A DNA stretch of 64,000 nucleotides from Chiloscyllium plagiosum (Eukaryota): positions 4,433,936 through 4,497,935 of the forward strand of contig NC_057756.1 in the NCBI RefSeq assembly GCF_004010195.1, written 5' to 3'. Shown here piece by piece: positions 52,765 through 61,364 of the stretch; positions within the stretch are counted from its first letter, which is position 1; each line of letters starts with the position of its first letter. Made by a program: the position numbers and the translations under genes. The notes beneath the pieces were generated by a model. It had not been told where the DNA came from and searched no databases. It saw only the letters and a program-made list of their open reading frames with translations.

Positions 52765-55700
52765 TCTCTCTCTCTTTCTGTTTGTTCTGCCAGGACATTT
52801 TCGTTCTTTTTTTTTTCTCTTTCCTTGTCTTTTAATCATAATTAAGTTTCATTTTGTTTCTCGTTTCTTTTTATCTGGCTGGTAATTGAAGCTGCTTCAT
52901 TTCCAATTGAAGTTTTATCATCTCCAAAGATTGTGATTGTGTTTCCAGCAAGTTAAAATGCTAAGCTATTGCTGTATTTATCTGTCCTTTCCTCACGGAT
53001 GGAGGCAGCTCCAACTTCAGTTCGACTGCCAATTCCAGCAGATTTTCCTTTTTCACCTTTTGCCAAGTCCCCAAAGTCACTTCTTCTACTCCCAGAAAAC
53101 GCTTATTGACTGAAAGAGCCATTACTACGACTAGCACTGCTTAACCCAAGCGAATTCAATACAGAGAACATAAGACACTCGCACCTACCACTCGCTGCCT
53201 GAGTCCAATAAGCCTAATCCCAAATTGGAGATATAAAGCAAATCCCTTGCTCGCCAACAATCTGTTATGAACCAGGCCCGATCGCCTCTAGTCATTCAAC
53301 AAAGTAACCCAGATCCTAACTTTTCTAGTTATTTTGAACAAGTGCAGAGTGGATATTCCAGTAGTTATGCAGCTGTCTCAATCAATGCGTTTTAAATGAA
53401 ACAGACTTATTTATAAACGAACAAAAGAGTACAGAACATAGGAATACGTAGTCTCCCTGAAAACCCAATTGACTGTATCACAAATTAATGATGTTCTTCG
53501 AAATACTTGCACCAGCACCATAAATACCTCTTTGATTTAAAAAAAGAGTAAAATCAAGCACAGGTTCTAACAGGAAAGATGTCAGAGAGGGAGAGGGTCA
53601 AATTGAGTTGTGTTTGTGGCTCCAGCAGATCCTCTGGGTTCCCAGCTAAGACTTGACCAGCAGCTACAAAACTGCCAGAGTGCTAAATGCAAAACAAACC
53701 AGCGAGAACCTGACCTGGGAGAAATAGCTAATCCTCTTTAATTGCACAAGTTTTTTTTTGTGAACGTACAAGCTTCTTCAGGTATGTAAACCAATACATG
53801 TTGTCACTTCTGAATTTCTGACCCTTATGAAAAATAGTGAAGGACAATGTTGCCTTGTTAGAGGAGTAACATCGTCACAATCATACATGTGTCAGTCAGT
53901 TGTGTTTTCTTCTGCTAAACTATGATTGAATTTTGATCTGTAAATGCTTCACTAATGAGAACCACATTTATTGAACGACAGTCATCTTTGAAGTCTAAAG
54001 TTCCTTAGATCAAATTTACATTTCGTAGCATATTCATTTTGCCTGGATTCAAGAGAACATTTTCAAAAAAGGGAACAGGTCCGACTATGAAAGCGAGAGA
54101 GGAATCTCCTGGCTGTTCACTGCTGGAAAAGTCGTTGCCAAGGTCATCCGCAAAAGTCTCCTCAATATGGCTGAGGAACCTCTCTTGGAATTGCGGTCCG
54201 GCTTCTGGCAATGGAGGGGCACAACAAACATGATTTTCACACCACAAAAACCGCAGGAGAAATGCAGAGAAAAGAAACTACTGTATAAATGACATTCTTC
54301 GACCTTACAAAAGCCTCTGACACTGTCAACAGGGAAGAATTGTGGAGCAATATTCTCTGAAGTTTGGCTGCACCATGACATTTACCACCATCCTTCATCT
54401 GGTCCAAGGTGATACAGAACATAACCACTGAACATTTTCAATGTGGACCGCATTGAAACCAACGGCAAAATGACCCAATATCAGTGTCATCCAGCTGTAG
54501 TAGGCGGATAATACGTGTGTCTCGGAAAACACAGCGGGCAAACTCGAGATCTCTGGCAGAACTTTTATGGAGGCCTCTATGGAGACCTATGTAAGCATGA
54601 TATTCGCCTTGAACTTTCGATCGTCAAGGTCCATGGGCAAGCCTTAGATAACGTTGACCACTTCCAGTAAGTCGGGAGTGTCCTGTCAACCAAAGCAGTT
54701 TTTTGATAAAATGATTCAACAACGCCTCCAGTGTGCTACTACTGCATTTCTCCATCCAAGGAAAAGAATGTTTAATGATGACAACATCAGATCCAACACC
54801 AACTCAGTGGCATTTAGACCTGTGATGTTTTCTGCCCTTCAATATGCCTCTGAGATGTAAACTGTCTACATCAGATACTTCAAAGCTGGAAGAGTACCGC
54901 AAACACTGTTGCACAAGATTCTGCAAATCAGCTGGGAAGACAGATACACTAACATCAGAGTCATCAATCAGGCCAACATCCCAAGTATCGCAGCACTGAC
55001 CACCCTTTAATAACTGTGATGGACTGGGCATATCTTCCACATGGCCGACACAAGATTCCCGAAGAAGGAACTATACTCCAACTCAAAAATGGCAGCCGAG
55101 ACCCAAGTCGACAGAGGAAACATTTCACAAATACCCTCAAGGCTTACTTGTGAAGGACGACATTCCCAGATGGTAATCAGTCCAAAATGGAGTAGGAGCA
55201 TCCAGGAATTAGTCAACACCTCGAGATTTGCTGTCTGGAAATAGCTGAAGCCAGAGAAAAATAGCATATGGAGGGCGCTGCAATACTGAGATTCTATCGA
55301 GGCCACAACCAAGTACGTATTCGTCCTGAGGGTGAAAGAGAGACATCTTCGTCTGCCTTTGATAGACAATGATCATGATTGCCTGAATGTCTTGATTGGT
55401 CTGCTAAAATCTTGATTATTACAGATCCAATAAGTTTCTCTGATTGACGTTAACGCAACTGCACTGTTTTCTGCTTGCTTTAGTGTTATACATGTTCAGT
55501 TTCTTTGAACATTAACCAACCCCGGGCAACTTTGATAAGTTAACATAAATGCAATAACTTTCTCACTGCCAAATATTTTAAACGCATAAATAAAATCAAT
55601 TCTGTTACAAGGATTTGAGTTAAAATCGCAGAAATGTTTCTCAGCACCATATATCATGTCTACTTGTTTTCAATTAGACACAGCTACAGTCATTTACTGA

Positions 55701-57855
55701 TTAACATTCATTTCTAATGTACACACTTTTGCTGACTTAACATAAAATATTTTCTTTCATGCTATTTCAGAGAAACAGATTCATAACTTACAACGTGGTA
55801 AGACTCATAACATTGCTCTATTGAAAGATGAATTTTACTTCAGCAAGTTACTCAAATTCTTACTTACAAAGACTGTTCAAAATTATAAGGTATCAAAGAC
55901 TGCTTGAAAATTTGAAACAAAAATGAACGGCATTGGACAAGTAGCTTTTTAAATTAAAGTATACCAATTCAGAAGTCACATTAAAAGCAAGACATGAAAT
56001 TATTACAGAGGGATAGAAAAGCACTTAAATATGAACAGCTAAAGTCGCAAAGAAAAGAAAATGCTTTGAAATAGTTATATTGAACGAGATTAAGTAGTAT
56101 AAAGATTGTTAGTGAAGAATAAGCTTGTGCAGAAGATTGATTAGCTACCAACATAAAACTACAAAGAACTAAGTTCTTATTTGAAAAAGACCTAAAATGT
56201 TCAGAAACTCCAAAGAAGGAAAAATGAAGAATACCTGGCAGCTTTCATTACGGAAAACAATCTAAGTTATGAAGGTATGTCAATGATAACTGTATGAAAA
56301 CGTTTAATTGTGTGATATTAATTTCCTGAAGTGTTTCAGTTTATTGTGTGGTGACATGGAGGTGGGCATGAAATAACCACGCTGCTTTTAAAATAACGCT
56401 CAACCATTTTTTGTCAGTCTGAAAAGGGGGATTTCGATCAATAGGTGTTTATATGCAATAACTTGAAACCAGTTGGATTACTTCCTGTGTTGTTTAGGTG
56501 TTTGTAAACACGGTCAGCTGAAAAATAAACGACAAAACTTAAACATTTTACGTCTTCAACAAATGGTAATAAAAGCCTTTTTCAAGAGAGATTGTCATGA
56601 CCAAACTCCTTGGTTGTTTTTTTTTCATGAAGCAAAATAGTAAATTGAGATAAAGGATAGTATTTGTGTGAATTTCACGTAAAGAAATGCAAAGTTTTCA
56701 GTTTCAAAAAAGTTAATCAAATATCATTTGTGCAAGCATTGAAAATAACCTTTACTGCATGTAACATATCGAAGAGTGTGGTGCTTGCAAAGCACAGCTG
56801 GTCTCGCAGCACATGAGGAGTAGGAGAGTCGACTTTTTAGTCATAAACGCTTCATCACGATGCACGAAACGTCGTTTCTTCTGCTCCTGGGATGCTGTCT
56901 GACCGGATGTGCTCTCTAGCACGACACTGTATGAGTCTGATCTCCAGCATCTGCAGTCCTAAAGTAATATCTGTTCATTATAAGATCGAGTCAGAACTGA
57001 TGGAAATTGGTGGACAATAAGTGACTGTCTACAAAACCAAAATAAAAGAACTATTTGAGAGACAGCATTCACGAAACGTCAATTCAACTTAGAAACAAAT
57101 GCATAGTTAAGTTTTACTGCCTCCACTATAACAATTAAGTGGTAATATTATAGCAATCTGAAAATGTTCCCTATAAAATCAGTAAAGTTACTTCAACACC
57201 AGATGTCAAATTTTGAACCTGCACTAGACAGCAGCCACGTAGCAGCAACAGCAGTTAGAAATTCCCTAAAAAGCTACAAGGTTGACTTCGAATTGCATCC
57301 GGGATACTTCATTTGGCAGAACAAAAAAAGGAGGAGCTTTCTGCCAAATACCGTCTCGTCGTGTCAGTCTCAGCAACCATTTTACTCTGCCTTGAACAAA
57401 AGTAAACCAAAAATGCAGGTTCTTCCTTTTTTCTTTCTAAGGCAGAAATTAACAAACAGGAGACACCAGAATAACTAACCATGCACGATACAAATGAAAG
57501 CAAAATGAAATGATCCTCGCTAAATTGCAGCTGCATTGTTAATTGGCAAGTTAAATAAAGTTTTAAATGAGAAAAAAAAAACTCTTATTTAGTGTTAGCG
57601 TGAATACCAGTTGTGAGAAATAGTATGCATCTGTTTAAGAGAAACTAAGAAAAGTGTTAATTCTTACATTTTTTCTTGTGAAGCTAGACTGTGATAATTT
57701 TCAATGGTCAGTCTATTCAACTTGCAAAATAACAAGCTATCACTGACAATAACGAGATACTGACCGTGTTTATTTGTTATTGCTGCATGGTCTTAATTGT
57801 GATTTTTATCTTGATTTAGAAACAGAAACTTTGAAAAAGAAATTGCAGACATCAG
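10856..57855 (+). CDS. Partial multi-micro-exon gene encoding a heptad coiled-coil segment (butyrophilin/BG-like tail architecture; identity unresolved)
   Basis: 11 phase-1 symmetric micro-exons with canonical AG/GT splice to ELKLREKNK-EYEQLKDNFEAK-DQALTKKDK-ELEKMRKSQIKC-EENLTAGRN-ELEKLRKKSQDC-DEVVLHV-ELKLSSERK-ELKNVTEAN-EKQIHNLQR-ETETLKKKLQTS (327 nt, no stop). No start or stop exon was found in the window. Confidence 0.7.
11971..12665 (-). mobile_element. CR1-type (HER1-like) LINE 3' fragment
   Basis: Minus-strand remnants such as 'CRRLRGNLIQFY' and 'ESVQNIFTSMSP'; CATAGAG-type tail at the left end. Confidence 0.8.
14115..14372 (-). mobile_element. CR1-type LINE 3' end
   Basis: ORF 14203-14388 contains RRNLFTQRVVGVWNAL...AVEA.SL.TFKKELD, the conserved CR1 ORF2 C-terminus. 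Confidence 0.9.
16743..16778 (+). CDS. Micro-exon, 36 nt, (E)YEQLKDNFEAK
   Basis: gtgtctccccag|AATATGAACAGTTGAAGGACAATTTTGAAGCTAAAG|gtaatt. Confidence 0.75.
16804..16924 (-). mobile_element. Penelope-type terminal-repeat fragment
   Basis: Diverged copy of the ...GCTGGAGATCAGAG...GCAGGTCAGGCAGCATC... repeat also at 22081, 42297, 46012 and 56771. Confidence 0.7.
18790..18816 (+). CDS. Micro-exon, 27 nt, (D)QALTKKDK
   Basis: atctctattag|ACCAAGCATTAACAAAGAAAGATAAAG|gtaata. Confidence 0.7.
19180..20153 (-). mobile_element. HE1-like tRNA-derived SINE, split by a solo LTR
   Basis: 19950-20153 reads on the minus strand GGGTGACACAGTGTCTCAGTGGTAGGCACTG...TGTGGAGTTTGCACGTT (tRNA head plus V-SINE core). 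The CR1-like tail continues at 19180-19252. Confidence 0.75.
19253..19891 (-). mobile_element. Solo LTR (Gypsy/Gmr1-like) with 4-bp TSD CTAG
   Basis: TGTTATG...TGTGAC termini; CTAG at 19249-19252 and 19892-19895; starts like the proviral LTRs at 47852 and 53263. Confidence 0.75.
21154..21189 (+). CDS. Micro-exon, 36 nt, (E)LEKMRKSQIKC
   Basis: ttgctggtccag|AATTAGAGAAAATGCGAAAAAGTCAAATTAAATGTG|gtaagt; paralogous to 31705-31740. Confidence 0.8.
21468..21494 (+). CDS. Micro-exon, 27 nt, (E)ENLTAGRN
   Basis: ttttaatatattgcag|AGGAAAATTTGACAGCAGGCAGAAACG|gtaggt. Confidence 0.7.
22081..22287. mobile_element. Palindromic Penelope-type insertion with 15-bp TSD
   Basis: 85-bp inverted arms at 22114-22198 and 22204-22288; TSD CATACCATGTAATGA at 22066-22080 and 22288-22302. 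Confidence 0.85.
22197..22221 (+). ncRNA. Minimal hammerhead ribozyme core (Penelope-associated)
   Basis: CTGAAGA-A-GGGC-TTAT-GCCC-GAAAC matches CUGANGA / stem II / GAAA. Confidence 0.6.
23165..23482. repeat. 159-bp tandem duplication
   Basis: TAAGCGTCGCTGAAATGTG...CCTCATGTGAGG at 23165-23323 and again at 23324-23482. Confidence 0.9.
23241..24485 (-). mobile_element. Younger CR1 (HER1-like) LINE, RT C-terminal region and 3' UTR
   Basis: FINDLDEE..ISTFADDTKVGG...WQMEFN..KCEVMHFG; LERVQRRFTRML; FFTQRVVRAWN. Confidence 0.95.
26775..28976 (+). mobile_element. CR1 LINE ORF2 remnant (~2.2 kb)
   Basis: VDVVYTDFSKMFDKVPH; QGSVLGPLLFVIFINDL; FGDDTK; (TTCTATG)n tail. Confidence 0.95.
26884..27163 (-). 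mobile_element. 5'-truncated poly(A)-tailed retroposon end (L1/Tx1-like 3' UTR), 14-bp TSD
   Basis: T-run at 26884; TSD CCCGAAGGCCTTCT at 26870-26883 and 27164-27177; minus-strand AATAAA near 27006. Confidence 0.7.
29260..29845 (+). mobile_element. Old CR1/L2 LINE 3' fragment
   Basis: GGTTATGCACTTTGGTAG...GATGAGAAGGAATTTCTTC motifs, heavily decayed. Confidence 0.65.
30767..31266. other. Assembly gap (500 N, probably a nominal scaffold join)
   Basis: Run of N inside the inferred micro-exon gene. Confidence 1.
31705..31740 (+). CDS. Micro-exon, 36 nt, (E)LEKLRKKSQDC
   Basis: tttcccatacatcag|AACTGGAGAAACTAAGGAAGAAGAGTCAAGATTGTG|gtgagc. Confidence 0.8.
32325..32415 (-). mobile_element. Short CR1 3' tail
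   Basis: GATGTACAGCATGGAAACAGACCC...CCATGCCGACCAG. Confidence 0.7.
33039..33059 (+). CDS. Micro-exon, 21 nt, (D)EVVLHV
   Basis: gatattttaatag|ATGAAGTTGTTTTGCATGTCG|gtaggt; one heptad long. Confidence 0.55.
33187..33213 (+). CDS. Micro-exon, 27 nt, (E)LKLSSERK
   Basis: acattcctcctag|AACTAAAATTAAGTTCGGAAAGAAAAG|gtaaat; paralogous to 10856-10882 (17/27 nt identical by eye). Confidence 0.75.
33745..34035 (+). mobile_element. Old CR1/L2 LINE 3' end
   Basis: AATGGTGGAACAGGGTTAAGGGGCAGAAT terminal motif with a degenerate C-terminal coding remnant. Confidence 0.6.
36100..38860 (+). mobile_element. Near-complete decayed CR1 ORF2 (APE endonuclease plus RT) and 3' UTR
   Basis: DVVAFTEAWL at ~36143; LKDNPKAIYGYI; MDFSKAIDNV; VLQGSVLG; many stops and frameshifts. 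Confidence 0.9.
39602..40241 (+). mobile_element. Solo LTR related to the 47852-53879 provirus, opposite orientation
   Basis: CTCCTTTAACAAGGTTACGTTGTCCTT matches the reverse complement of the LTR end at ~53840-53870; ends ...ACAACA. Confidence 0.7.
41317..41343 (+). CDS. Micro-exon, 27 nt, (E)LKNVTEAN
   Basis: ctattccttctttcag|AGCTAAAGAATGTCACTGAAGCCAATG|gtaagg. Confidence 0.75.
42297..42415 (+). mobile_element. Penelope-type terminal-repeat fragment
   Basis: GAAGGGCTTATGCCTGAAACGTCGATTCTC...CATCTGCAGTCCTCA. Confidence 0.75.
44591..44861. mobile_element. Palindromic Penelope-type insertion, second family, with hammerhead core
   Basis: Imperfect inverted repeat at 44623-44862; CTGATGA-A-GGAGC-GTC-GCTCC-GAAA at 44776-44800; TSD TATTTTCGG(G/T)TGA at 44578-44590 and 44862-44874. 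Confidence 0.8.
46012..46132 (-). mobile_element. Penelope-type terminal-repeat fragment
   Basis: GAGAAAGTGAGGTCTGCAGATGCTGGAGATC...GACGTTTCGGGCACAGGCCCTTC. Confidence 0.8.
47852..53879 (-). mobile_element. Decayed full-length Gmr1-like Gypsy LTR retrotransposon
   Basis: LTRs at 53263-53879 and 47852-48467; gag knuckle CFHCNKVGHVKSQ at ~51903-51944; protease ILRDTGSSQSLM at ~51622-51658; integrase (FYWPELHKDV, PF..I..DCIGP) at 50757-50990; RT (WNSPIVMV, LCVDY.KVN) at ~49620-49700; GFYRKFVP at ~49120; polypurine tract AAGGGGGTAG next to 48467. Confidence 0.92.
52670..52775. repeat. (TC)n/(CA)n microsatellite inside gag
   Basis: ~100-bp dinucleotide run. Confidence 0.95.
54075..55330 (+). mobile_element. 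RTE-clade LINE remnant
   Basis: Frameshifted RT motifs ..CGP..GAQQT/MIF..QEKC.E....FFDLTKASDTV; C-terminal LHKILQISWED and WTGHI. Confidence 0.8.
55771..55797 (+). CDS. Micro-exon, 27 nt, (E)KQIHNLQR
   Basis: ttttctttcatgctatttcag|AGAAACAGATTCATAACTTACAACGTG|gtaaga. Confidence 0.75.
56771..56960. mobile_element. Degenerate palindromic Penelope-type repeat
   Basis: Inverted halves of the same family as 22081-22287, centred near 56860. Confidence 0.7.
57820..57855 (+). CDS. Micro-exon, 36 nt, (E)TETLKKKLQTS
   Basis: tttttatcttgatttag|AAACAGAAACTTTGAAAAAGAAATTGCAGACATCAG|gttaaa. The donor is weak, but the peptide aligns with ELEKLRKKSQDC. Confidence 0.6.
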
Positions 57856-58899
57856 GTTAAAAAGAAGAGTTTACTTAATATTTAGGAATAAATAATGGTC
57901 TAGCAAAAAAAGAAGTCTTTCATCCCACCAAATCTGTGGCGACACATATTACATTCGAAATTTAAAAAAACAATTGTCCCTATACTATATGCATCTCTGC
58001 ATTCCCTGGCTATTCATATATCTGTCAAAACTTGCTATTATATTCACACCCATTAACTCGTCTGGCAATGCATTCCAGGCACTTACTGTCCTGTGTGTAA
58101 GTTATTTTGTTTGATTTATTATTGTCACGTGTACTGAGACACAATTAAATTTATGGAGACAGAGCGAAAAGATTTTGTTTGTGGGTTTTCCAAGCAAATC
58201 ATATCTTTCACAAATACATCTGGGTAAAAGAATGTAATGCAAAGTGTGGTGCTTCAGCAGCAGAGAAAGCGCAAAGAATGGTAAACTTTAAAATATCAGC
58301 AAGCCATAAAAAGTCACAAACAGCGTGGAAGAAGCTGTTCATAAATCTTTTGGCTTTTAACTTTTTGTCCTCTCATATCTCCTTTTAACATTCCTCCATT
58401 TACTTACAAACGATAAAAGCTCAGCTCCACCAACCTTGCTGCTATCCGAAAGCATACTAGTCAAGTCACCTACCCGCCAATACCTTCCAATATATTACAA
58501 ATAGCAGGGGTCCTAACACTGCTCTGTGTGGAATGCTCCTGGCCATAGATTTCCAATGTTAAAATAAGCACCCTTTCACAGCTAATCTCAATCAAGTATG
58601 ACTAGGTCAGCGCCAGTTCCATCTTACCTGTGTGAACAAAGTGCATTTTTTCACACATGGAAGATTTGCCAATCGACTTGAGACCAATCTACTTGCATCC
58701 AGAACACAACATCTCGCACATATATGTAAAATAAGAAACGTTAGGTGCTAGTGTATATTCTTATTATATTTTAAGGTGCTTTGGTCGTTCCGTAACAAAT
58801 TAAGGGCTCTTGCCAGCGTAAGTATCTACAATACTAGATTGTACTTAAGATTATTGGATTGAAAGGCAGTGTGGTGAGTGTTGGTATTCTCTCTTGGGA

Positions 58900-61290
58900 A
58901 GTTAAATTTGTTTAATTTAAATAGGGTGTGCCTTAAGTAGAATGGCTCATGCTGTCGCTCAGAATTGCAAGGGGGTGGATGAATTCACTTCTAGAATTTT
59001 AGAGGAAGTGAGTAAGACAAAACTTTCGTGATTGGCAGACAAGGAGGTTATGGGATTTCTTTTTTTTCATGCAAAAACGTGAGGTAATAGCTGCACACGT
59101 ACTATTGCCGAAAATGTTATCAGAATCACTAAAAATGGGTAACATTCAAACACACATGTAACACTGTGAACGTGAAAAGAAAATGAAATGGCTTGAATAA
59201 CGATTACAAGTGAAGGGAAAAGAAAAGGATAGAATTTTCCAGAAGAAGCAAGGGACAAAAGAGAGAACTTGTGAAATTTGAAGTTTGAAACTGACAACAC
59301 AAAGTCGAAGAAACATGTTGGAATTTCACGTAAAAGATGGGAGTAATGTTGAGGACAGTAATGTTGAGGACAGTAATCGGGAGCAATCCCAGGTAGCCAA
59401 AGCCTGGTGGAAATCTGTTCAAATGCCTAATTTCAACGAGTAGATGTGGAATTCCGATCATTTCGTATGAGAAAATGGATAACAAAGTGTACTGGGTAGT
59501 GGCCAAGTGGGTATGTTGGTAGGTAGAGCAAGTGAGGTATTTGAAGCACCATTAGAGGAAGTCAGGATAAGTTCCATATGAGCTGGTACCAGGAGCCTGC
59601 AGACAAACGTTTTAGGGAGATAAGAAGGGAACTTAGCCAAACGTTGAATTGGAAATTATCAAACAACGTCATTTTGAGAGATGAATAAGGGCATTGAAAA
59701 TAGATCGAATACATGACGCTCTTAAACAGATAATTATTTCAGAGGAGTTCAAAAATTAATTTCCTGAAGACATGATAAATCACGTGGAAGTGCAGAGAGT
59801 TAGTTCTGCAAGATTAATGGTGGAATCGCCGATGATTATGGGTTGGTTCAGAAATCAATGTTGGACTTATTCATCAATTTAAATATTTGCGGGAGATAAA
59901 TTGGGAAAATGAAGTTCTCAGCTGGTAAGGGAAAGGAAATATCGTTGAACGTAGAACAAATAGTTTATCACAGCGTAAAATGAAACCTATGAGGGGAAAG
60001 AAAAAGTAGAAAAGCTCAGGTCTTTCCACTCTAATAAGGGAGGACGTAAAATCGCAGCTTTGTTCATTTGAAAAAGTCATGGGAAGATGAACGTGGAAGA
60101 ACAGAATGAGAAAGTAAGTTTTGCTGCAGAACTAAAAGAAAGCGAATAGGAAGCTTAAAAAGCTGCAAAAGTATGTACCGCCTAATCAGGAGTTTATTGT
60201 AGAGTAAATGTCAGATGCTTTTTAAACAATTTACTTATGTGAGTAAGGTTTACTCACGTGTGCTGGGAAGATAAGGTAAATAACGTAATATTTTAAGAGT
60301 TATAGGCACAAGTCAATCTTTGATTGCGAGAGGTAAGAAGATACATAATTCACAATGTGCATTGCCAGTAAACGTGGTAATATGGGGAACTCATGATGAG
60401 AAGTGTTACACTTTAAAGCACAATTTTGGAGAGTGAAGCGAAAAGTGGTGAAGTTGTGGGAATCGTAATAGAAAAATCCACAGTTTCAATGATATATTTT
60501 TTGTCAGTATTTCGTTGGATCACTGGTGGGAGTGATGCTTGCTATGGTTGAAATGGTTGTTTTTTTTAAAAAAAAAGTGGAAGAGAAAAAAGAATTTCAG
60601 TGTATTTTGAATAGTACAATACTAAAACTGACGTCTTGGTGAAGGAATGCCAGTTATCACGAAATCAGATGGATTTAAATGTTCAGAAATTCATCAAATC
60701 GGATTGCTGGTGAGTTATGCTGCAGACAGCATAGTAATTACCAACAGAAGCGTATTCTGGAGTGAGGGAAGCTCAAGCCAAAACACAAAAACATTTTCGT
60801 TGGCTCAAACTGCATTGGAATGTAATTGGACTATACTTGACATGTCAAACATGTCAGATAATTCGAAGAGCTCAGGTTTTGGTAAAATCGGAAATATTGC
60901 TACCTATTCTCGCACTTGAGGGAACCTTTTCCAGAGACATATTTGATTCAGTAGAGGCTCGATCTGAAATTATAAAGTTGGAATCAGAACGTGTTAATTA
61001 TAATGGGTGTCTATAAAAGTAACGAAGCTGTTCTATTATGCAGCTAAAAGGATTTTGAAAGAGTTACACTTTAACTTGCTGAGGACTATAGACAGTAGTA
61101 AAATCGGATTAAAGTCAAATTTTACATCAAAGTTATTGAAGCAGCTTAGACAGGTTTAGGAATAAAGCAAATGAAATCCATTGTATGTCATGCAGAAACG
61201 CATGGTCCATTAAAAGAGTGACGTTAAACTTTAAAGAACATGTTGAGGGTTTATCATCAAAATTACCCGGAGGATCAGGATAAAGGTTAT
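58900..61290 (+). mobile_element. Second Gmr1-like Gypsy remnant (gag-PR-IN), heavily decayed
   Basis: DALKQIIISEEFKN at ~59715; KTQKHFRWLKLHWNVIGLYLTCQTCQII at ~60780; homologous to the minus-strand provirus. Confidence 0.8.
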
Positions 61291-61364
61291 TGTCAATGAT
61301 CTACTCAAATTGTGACCATTATGATGACTGAAAAAAAACTGAAAACAATTCCCGAAAAGTACCA

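Noticed and set aside
56536..56565. (E)LKHFTSSTN|gtaata candidate micro-exon
   Set aside because: No AG and no pyrimidine tract upstream.
10856..57855. Assigning the micro-exon gene to triadin or a named BTN gene
   Set aside because: The peptide lacks triadin's KEKE/Pro-rich composition, and no Ig or B30.2 exon is in the window; a gene symbol cannot be supported.
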